Positions 57,923 through 64,000 of a stretch of 64,000 bases of DNA are shown one piece after another. Position numbers and translations under genes: made by a program. The stretch is from Flavobacteriales bacterium UBA7612 (GTDB lineage: Bacteria; Bacteroidota; Bacteroidia; Flavobacteriales; Weeksellaceae), in assembly GCA_002484335.1 (NCBI GenBank), contig DLJQ01000025.1, positions 87,423 to 151,422 on the forward strand, given 5' to 3'. Under the pieces are notes generated by a model. It was not told where the DNA came from. It did not search any database and was given only the letters and a program-made list of their open reading frames with translations. Within the stretch, counting starts at the first letter, position 1; each line of letters opens with the position of its first letter.

Positions 57923-58645
57923 ATGAAAAAACTATTTTATTTATTTTTCTTTATATTATTAAGTAATTTAGCTTATGCAGACGGATATTGGTTAGAATTA
58001 GAAAGTTCATGGCAAAAGAACGATACTGTAATGATTAAAATTCGTTATGGAGGAGTTGACGAAAATAAAGAAAGATACATAAAGACAGGAGAAGATCTTG
58101 ATAAAATGAAAGATTTTGCCCTAACTATTGTAGATTCTCATGGCAAAAAAACTAATCTTCCAATTGAGCAAAAAAATGATTTTTGGATTGGGTATTTTGT
58201 TCCTAAAAAAGATGGGGTATACAGTGTTTATGCAAATGATAATAATCTTCCTGTGGTAGAAAGAGAAAATTATAAGCAGAATGTTAAACCCACTCAATAC
58301 TTACAAACAAAGTTTATTATTGGGAGAAATAGAAAAAATATAGATGTTGATAATCAATTTTCTTATTTAAATTTAAATATTGATATTATTAATAATAAGG
58401 CTTTTGTTTCAGCTTATATAGATGGGGAAAAGGTAAAAAAAGGAACTAAATTACGTGTCTTTTTACCGAATAATAATGATGTAGAATTCCTGACAGATGA
58501 AAATGGAACTACGCAAATAGAACTTATTTTAAAGGGACAATATATTGTCCGATTAGATAAAAATATTCCTATATATGGTCAACTTAATGAAAAAGAATAT
58601 TTTTCTGAAAGGCATAGATGTGATTATAGTTTTATTGTAAAATAA
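57923..58645 (+). CDS. Exported protein, DUF4198-like
   Basis: Signal peptide followed by DGYWLE, and a TDENG...G.Y pattern; follows the receptor gene by 16 nt. Confidence 0.55.
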   Translation: MKKLFYLFFFILLSNLAYADGYWLELESSWQKNDTVMIKIRYGGVDENKERYIKTGEDLDKMKDFALTIVDSHGKKTNLPIEQKNDFWIGYFVPKKDGVYSVYANDNNLPVVERENYKQNVKPTQYLQTKFIIGRNRKNIDVDNQFSYLNLNIDIINNKAFVSAYIDGEKVKKGTKLRVFLPNNNDVEFLTDENGTTQIELILKGQYIVRLDKNIPIYGQLNEKEYFSERHRCDYSFIVK

Positions 58646-58649
58646 AAAT

Positions 58650-58684
58650 AACCCGTTTCAATTATTGAAACGGGTTGTTTTTTT
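58650..58684. terminator. Bidirectional intrinsic terminator
   Basis: AACCCGTTTCAAT-T-ATTGAAACGGGTT flanked by A- and T-runs. Confidence 0.8.
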
Positions 58685-58713
58685 CTAATATTTATTTTTA
58701 GTTAGAATATAAA

Positions 58714-60252
58714 TTAATTATTGAATAGTTTGTATTTCTTTCTTTTACGATAAATTTTACTTAAAAAATTGTAACTAGATAATCTTCCGTAATGATAATT
58801 TGAAATGAAAATAAAAATTGGAATTGTAAGCCAACATAAAATTCCAGCAATTATTTTTAGCATACTCATTAAAGATTCTTTGGACTGAATTATGGATTGT
58901 CCTGGTAAATAATTTTGACCTAAGTCTATGTAGACAGACATATCAGTTTGGCTTTGAGATTGTATTTGGAAACTTAACCATGATAAGATCGTAGATGCTA
59001 CAGCAGGACTAAGAAAATTACGTACTACAATCATAATGCTAAGTGCAGAGAAAAGCTGGTCAGGACCGATTTTTTTAAATGAATAGTACCATATTGAAGT
59101 ATATAAAATACTTGTCCCTAAACCACGAAAAAATATAGGAATCCTTAAAGTATCTGTATCCATTTGTGCTTGTATAATGAAATAGATGGAAATGTTTTCT
59201 AGGAAAAAAACTCCAAAACCAAACCAAACTAAATATTTGATATGACATTGAAATTTGAATGCGATTAAACAACCGATACCAGCTATTACAGCGCCAGGAA
59301 CCATCCATAAATTTAATTGGGCATTGGTTAAGTTATTGTATCCTAAAATAGCTCCAGTATATTGTGTAAGTAATGATGAAATACCGATTAATAATCCTAG
59401 AAAAAATAATAAAATCGTTCCATGAACAATATCTGGATTTTTGAAAATACTTAAGTAATCTATTGTTTTTCTTTTTTTTGATTTGTGTAGATATAAAAAT
59501 CCAAAAATAGAGCAAAATGCAACGACAAATGAATATCTTATAATAGGAGAATGAAACCAATATTGCTGTTTCATGAATGTTAAGGCAAGGTTGAGTGCGG
59601 TATAACCAATAATTAATAATAAATATGACCAATAATCAATTTGATACAATGGAAACTTGAACGAAAAACGATAATTATGTGTCGTTAAAAATGTAAGTAA
59701 AGTTAAAATCATCATTACCCCAGACATAAATAAGTAGGGTGACTGCCATGTGCCATTAAAAACTAACGAAGAAAAGAAATAGGCTGTTACTTGTCCTAAT
59801 CCTAATACAACAATATAAAGCAACGAATAAAATTTACCTTTATCTCCTGTAGGTGCTAAAGCAGCCATAAGAGGAAAAACCATTTCTCCCATGACTAATA
59901 TTTTAAAAAAGCCGATTAGTAAACTTCCAATTATTAATATTTCAATTTGGTTTGTATTTGCAATGATATAGGATATTATGGCAAGAGAACTTGTAGAGGT
60001 TATAATTATAATTTTTGATTTGAACCTTTTTTTAAGTCGGATTATGATACTCATTCCAATACAAATTCCTAATGTTCCCATATAATTTGCAAAGGAGATG
60101 TATTCTGTATATGTGCCAAATGCTCCTGATAAATCAGACACATTATTTACATAAACGCCATTAATACTAATGCTAGATATTAGAAAAATAAAAATGAGTA
60201 TAAATCTCCCAACTGCATTGATCTTTTGACTAAAAGGATTATTACTGTACAT
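58714..60252 (-). CDS. Efflux MFS-type inner-membrane permease (EmrB-like, divergent)
   Basis: About 14 hydrophobic segments; third gene of a TolC-HlyD-permease operon. Confidence 0.75.
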   Translation of the reverse strand: MYSNNPFSQKINAVGRFILIFIFLISSISINGVYVNNVSDLSGAFGTYTEYISFANYMGTLGICIGMSIIIRLKKRFKSKIIIITSTSSLAIISYIIANTNQIEILIIGSLLIGFFKILVMGEMVFPLMAALAPTGDKGKFYSLLYIVVLGLGQVTAYFFSSLVFNGTWQSPYLFMSGVMMILTLLTFLTTHNYRFSFKFPLYQIDYWSYLLLIIGYTALNLALTFMKQQYWFHSPIIRYSFVVAFCSIFGFLYLHKSKKRKTIDYLSIFKNPDIVHGTILLFFLGLLIGISSLLTQYTGAILGYNNLTNAQLNLWMVPGAVIAGIGCLIAFKFQCHIKYLVWFGFGVFFLENISIYFIIQAQMDTDTLRIPIFFRGLGTSILYTSIWYYSFKKIGPDQLFSALSIMIVVRNFLSPAVASTILSWLSFQIQSQSQTDMSVYIDLGQNYLPGQSIIQSKESLMSMLKIIAGILCWLTIPIFIFISNYHYGRLSSYNFLSKIYRKRKKYKLFNN

Positions 60253-60258
60253 AATGAA

Positions 60259-61359
60259 TTAGTTATTAATTGTAACTTCTACATTCATACCTGCACGTAA
60301 TAATTCTAAATCGGTAATTTTATTATTTATAAACTCAATTCTAATAGGAATTCGTTGCTGAACTTTAACAAAGTTTCCAGTTGAATTATCTATTGGTGTA
60401 GCAGCATATTTAGCTCCAGTTGCTCCAGAAATTGCAGTTATTTTTCCATGATATTCTTTACCATCCAATGCATCAACTTTTATAGTAACTAATTTATTTA
60501 GTTTAACTGCCTTCATCTGTTTTTCTCGGAAGTTGGCAGAAACCCACAAGCTTTTTGTATCTACAATTGTAGCAACTTGTTGACTAACATTTAATAATTG
60601 TCCAACATTTATATTTCTTCTTCCCATAATTCCGTCGTGAGGGGCTTTTATAATAGTATAAGACATATTTAATTTTGCCATTTCTAGTGCATTTTGAGTA
60701 CGAATGATATCAGCATCATTAATAGACACTTTAGATTTTACTTCGTTCACAGTAAGTTCAGAAGAATTTTTACCATTCGATGCTCCTATAAATTGGTATT
60801 CTGCTGCATTTACAGCTGCAAGAGCAGCTTCGTATTCAGTTTTTATTTGGTCGTATTGTTGTTTTGTAACAGCTTCATCTTTTAATAAATTTTCATATCG
60901 CTGAAAATTTTGTTTTGCATTCCATAACCTTGCTTTTGTAGCATCTAAATTAGCTTTTGCAACATTTGCCGATGCATTGGCTGTTTGTACTTGATTGATA
61001 GATGTTTTTGTAATGTTATTGGTTACATTTTTATTAGCTAAAGCTTGTAATAAATTGGCTTCAGCTTGACCAAGTTGAGTTTTTATTTCTCTGTTGTCTA
61101 AAATAATTAAAGTATCTCCTTTTTTTACAGACTGATGTTCCACAAATCGAATATCTTTTATATAAGCAGATACTCTGGTATTAATAGGATTTATAAAGGC
61201 TTCAACTTGTGCTGAATTTGTAAAATTATCATTTCCGACTTGAAAATAAGAACGGAATGACCAGTAAATTCCAGTACAAATGATTAAAAAAACGATAAAA
61301 TTTAAAGTATTTTTTATGTATTTTTTTCTTTTAGAAGTATTATTTGATTTCTCTTTCAT
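60259..61359 (-). CDS. HlyD/EmrA-family periplasmic adaptor
   Basis: VKKGDTL lipoyl half-motif, coiled coil, IKAPHDG, DNSTGNFVKVQQRIPIRI and LRAGMNV motifs. Confidence 0.92.
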   Translation of the reverse strand: MKEKSNNTSKRKKYIKNTLNFIVFLIICTGIYWSFRSYFQVGNDNFTNSAQVEAFINPINTRVSAYIKDIRFVEHQSVKKGDTLIILDNREIKTQLGQAEANLLQALANKNVTNNITKTSINQVQTANASANVAKANLDATKARLWNAKQNFQRYENLLKDEAVTKQQYDQIKTEYEAALAAVNAAEYQFIGASNGKNSSELTVNEVKSKVSINDADIIRTQNALEMAKLNMSYTIIKAPHDGIMGRRNINVGQLLNVSQQVATIVDTKSLWVSANFREKQMKAVKLNKLVTIKVDALDGKEYHGKITAISGATGAKYAATPIDNSTGNFVKVQQRIPIRIEFINNKITDLELLRAGMNVEVTINN

Positions 61360-61376
61360 TTTTCTTAATTTATTAT

Positions 61377-62723
61377 TTATAATAAACCACTGTTTTTGAT
61401 TACGTTATAATAAGCTTGCATAATGTTAATTTCGGAAATAGATTCTTGTAATTCAGCTTCAAGTAAAGCATTACTAGCATCAATCAAATCAATTAATATA
61501 GCTAATTGATTATTGTATTTACTTTCCATGATTCTATAATTATCTTTTGCTAAATCTCTATTTTTTTTGAAAGTTTCATTTTGAGTATATGCTTCATTAT
61601 ATTTGATATAACTGGATTCAAGATTTACCTTTTGATTGGTTTGAACTTCAGTTAGTCTTCTTTTATTTTTATCTAGTTCAAGACTATTTAATCTTAATTT
61701 TTTTGGTGTTTTATATAAATTATCTAAACTAAATTTTAGTGTAACACCTATGTTCCATGTGTTTAAATATTGGTCTAAAACAGGCGTGGTTGTTATAATT
61801 GGTCGTTGTAAACTATTTCCAGCAAATAATGATAGAGTAGGAATTCGTTCACTATTAATAATTTTATGTTTTAACTGTGAAATTTCAATATTTTTCTGAG
61901 AAGCTTCAATTTCAGGATGATTTTTTAATGCTAATTCATAATAATCTAAATCATCAAGTTGATATGGTTTATTTAAAATATTTTCATCAATTTCTATAAT
62001 ATTATTACTCGGTAAACCTAGTGCAGCATTCAATTGTATGTTTCGAATTGTAGCATCATTCGTTAAAACTTGTAAACTAAGGTTAAGATTAGAAACTTGT
62101 AATTCTCCTCGTATAACATCATTTCTTGTAACCATTCCTTGGTCATATAATTTCTTGATGTTTTTTAATCTTTTTTCAGCTAATTCTATATTTTTTGTAA
62201 AAACCTTGAACTGTTTTTTTAATTGAAATAGATTAAAATAATAAGTAAGCGTAAGCGCTTTTATTTGTTGTTTGTGATCTCTATAATTGATTTGTGCGAC
62301 TTCATTTTCTAATTCAGATTCTTTTATATTGTTTTTTACCGCACCTGCATTCCATAATGTTTGTGTGGCATCTAAAGATAATTTATTACCAAAGTGAGGA
62401 TAATTACGTGTTTGCGAATGAGAAAAATCTTTGGTTATAGCCACAGGAGTTCCAATATAATAGGCGCTTGCTCCAGTTGTTACAGCTGGTAATAATTGAT
62501 TTTTTGCAATTTTGGTTTTTTGCTCATAAATAAGTAAGTCAGCTTTAGAAACATTTAAAGTGGGATTATTTTTTTCTAATAAATCAAACAAAGTTTCTAT
62601 TGAAATTTTTGTCTTGATAGAATCTTGAGCGTTAATTATATTTGTTAGTAAGAAGGTTAAAGTGTAGTATATAAATTTTATTATTTTAGGATGTTTTTTT
62701 AAGATATTTATTTTTAAATGCAT
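61377..62723 (-). CDS. TolC-family outer-membrane efflux protein
   Basis: NNP.L, LP.V, YFNL, G...RND and HPEI helical-barrel pattern; first gene of the efflux operon. Confidence 0.88.
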   Translation of the reverse strand: MHLKINILKKHPKIIKFIYYTLTFLLTNIINAQDSIKTKISIETLFDLLEKNNPTLNVSKADLLIYEQKTKIAKNQLLPAVTTGASAYYIGTPVAITKDFSHSQTRNYPHFGNKLSLDATQTLWNAGAVKNNIKESELENEVAQINYRDHKQQIKALTLTYYFNLFQLKKQFKVFTKNIELAEKRLKNIKKLYDQGMVTRNDVIRGELQVSNLNLSLQVLTNDATIRNIQLNAALGLPSNNIIEIDENILNKPYQLDDLDYYELALKNHPEIEASQKNIEISQLKHKIINSERIPTLSLFAGNSLQRPIITTTPVLDQYLNTWNIGVTLKFSLDNLYKTPKKLRLNSLELDKNKRRLTEVQTNQKVNLESSYIKYNEAYTQNETFKKNRDLAKDNYRIMESKYNNQLAILIDLIDASNALLEAELQESISEINIMQAYYNVIKNSGLL

Positions 62724-62929
62724 TTTGCAAATTTCGTTTCAATTTTAATAAGAAAAAGGGCTATAAATACATAAAAAATGTCCAAATGGTTATATAATTA
62801 TATATTTTATTAATATATATTGATTATTAAAAGTTTCTGTAATTATAAAAATGTCAAATCTTTACCAATTTTGTAAATAAGAATTTATATAGAATTGTAT
62901 TGTTTCAATAATTAGTAAATTTGTAGATT

Positions 62930-63787
62930 ATGTTTCAAGATTATATTAAAATTTTAAACGAAAATTCTTTTTTAAAAAAAGCAAATACAAAAGAAGAAAT
63001 AAGCCCTTTATGGTATACAGCGATGTTTATTGAAGAAGGATGGCTAAAACTTGAAACAGAAGGAAAAATAGAATTTTATGAAGCAAATACCATTATGTTA
63101 GCTTCTCCTTATAAAAATTATCGATTAAAAGGTCATTCAGAAGTCCTTAAATTACATACTTTAAGTCATGTAAATAAATCTATCTTAGATAATATAGATT
63201 ATGATTTAATACGGTTTGATGTTTATCAAATCACTCAATTATGGACAGGAAAAGTTTCTTTTAAAGTAGAAGATGAAGATTTTAAAGAATTACTTAAATT
63301 AATATCATTTTTAGAGAATCAATTAAAAAAAGATAGAATGAACTCTATATTTTTTAATTATTTTATAAAAAATTTATTTACTTCAATTGTTTATTTTCTG
63401 AATGATTGTTTTGATAAATCTATTGCAGTAGGAAAAGGAAATAGTTTAAGAAAAAAAGAAATCTCTTTAGCTTTTTTTGAATTAGTTTTACAACATTATA
63501 AAGAACATAAAAATTTAAATTTTTATGCTGATAAACTCAATATTTCTATCAAATATTTATCCATTAGTGTAAAAGAAATCACACATAAATCCGCATCTAG
63601 TTTCATTGCACTTACAGTAACCAATGAGGCAAAAAGATTATTGCTAGAAACCAATTATAGTATATCCGACATTGCAGAAGAATTAAATTTTTCTGACCAA
63701 TATTCTTTCGGTAAATTTTTTAAAAAACACACAAACTTTAGCCCGTTAACTTACAGAAAGAAAAGTTTATCAATTAATTTTTTCTAA
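62930..63787 (+). CDS. AraC-family transcriptional regulator, divergent from the efflux operon
   Basis: FYADKLNISIKYLS, EAKRLL and IAEELNFSDQYSFGKFFKKHT..SP..YR motifs. Confidence 0.92.
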   Translation: MFQDYIKILNENSFLKKANTKEEISPLWYTAMFIEEGWLKLETEGKIEFYEANTIMLASPYKNYRLKGHSEVLKLHTLSHVNKSILDNIDYDLIRFDVYQITQLWTGKVSFKVEDEDFKELLKLISFLENQLKKDRMNSIFFNYFIKNLFTSIVYFLNDCFDKSIAVGKGNSLRKKEISLAFFELVLQHYKEHKNLNFYADKLNISIKYLSISVKEITHKSASSFIALTVTNEAKRLLLETNYSISDIAEELNFSDQYSFGKFFKKHTNFSPLTYRKKSLSINFF

Positions 63788-64000
63788 TTTTTATTAAATA
63801 AAAGTATTAAATTGTTAGAAATACTATTTATTGATTTAAAATGAGATACATATATTTTTTACTGATTAGTTTTTTATGTACAAGTTGCGTAACAAATAAT
63901 ATAAAAACAATAAAAGGTCAATGGAAACAGAATTTCTTGAGCTATAAATCTAATCCTACAATAATTATAGCTCCAAAAGATGAACCATTAATTACAATCT

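Noticed and set aside
1408..62226. Numerous 60-125 aa ORFs nested in or antisense to long genes in the ORF track
   Set aside because: No recognisable motifs; expected shadow frames of well-supported genes.
63788..64000. Possible gene start at the right edge
   Set aside because: The ATG at 63921 closes after 8 codons; no supportable ORF.

Overview
A very AT-rich, mostly core-chromosomal window from a Bacteroidota (Flavobacteriales) bacterium. PorQ, a GldA-like ATPase, TAnnTTTG promoters and the gene order support the phylum; Weeksellaceae/Empedobacter-like is an inference. It carries housekeeping genes (cmk, rfbD, serS, holB, recF, era, rsgA, hemD, recJ, rsmI), a complete his operon, an aromatic amino acid operon, several metal/iron modules, a tripartite efflux pump, and a TPR-AraC sensor followed by a trimeric-fibre-like surface protein. 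No rRNA, tRNA, CRISPR array, transposase or integrase was recognised. The most interesting signals are non-coding. (1) Most his-operon gene junctions carry inverted arms built from 7- or 8-nt-period TAAG/CTTA units: one pair encloses a four-helix-bundle (IVS-protein-like) gene, one encloses a structured repeat, and four are empty, suggesting an IVS-like mobile or RNA-processing system. (2) Four dispersed copies of a structured repeat show compensatory base changes (Flavo-1-like). (3) Unannotated His and Phe/Tyr attenuator leader peptides are present. (4) A recurrent Fur-box-like motif links an ankyrin/DUF2271/PepSY-reductase/ApbE flavinylation cluster to other iron genes. (5) Long perfect palindromes occur, one of which makes two convergent proteins end in the same KAQD peptide.
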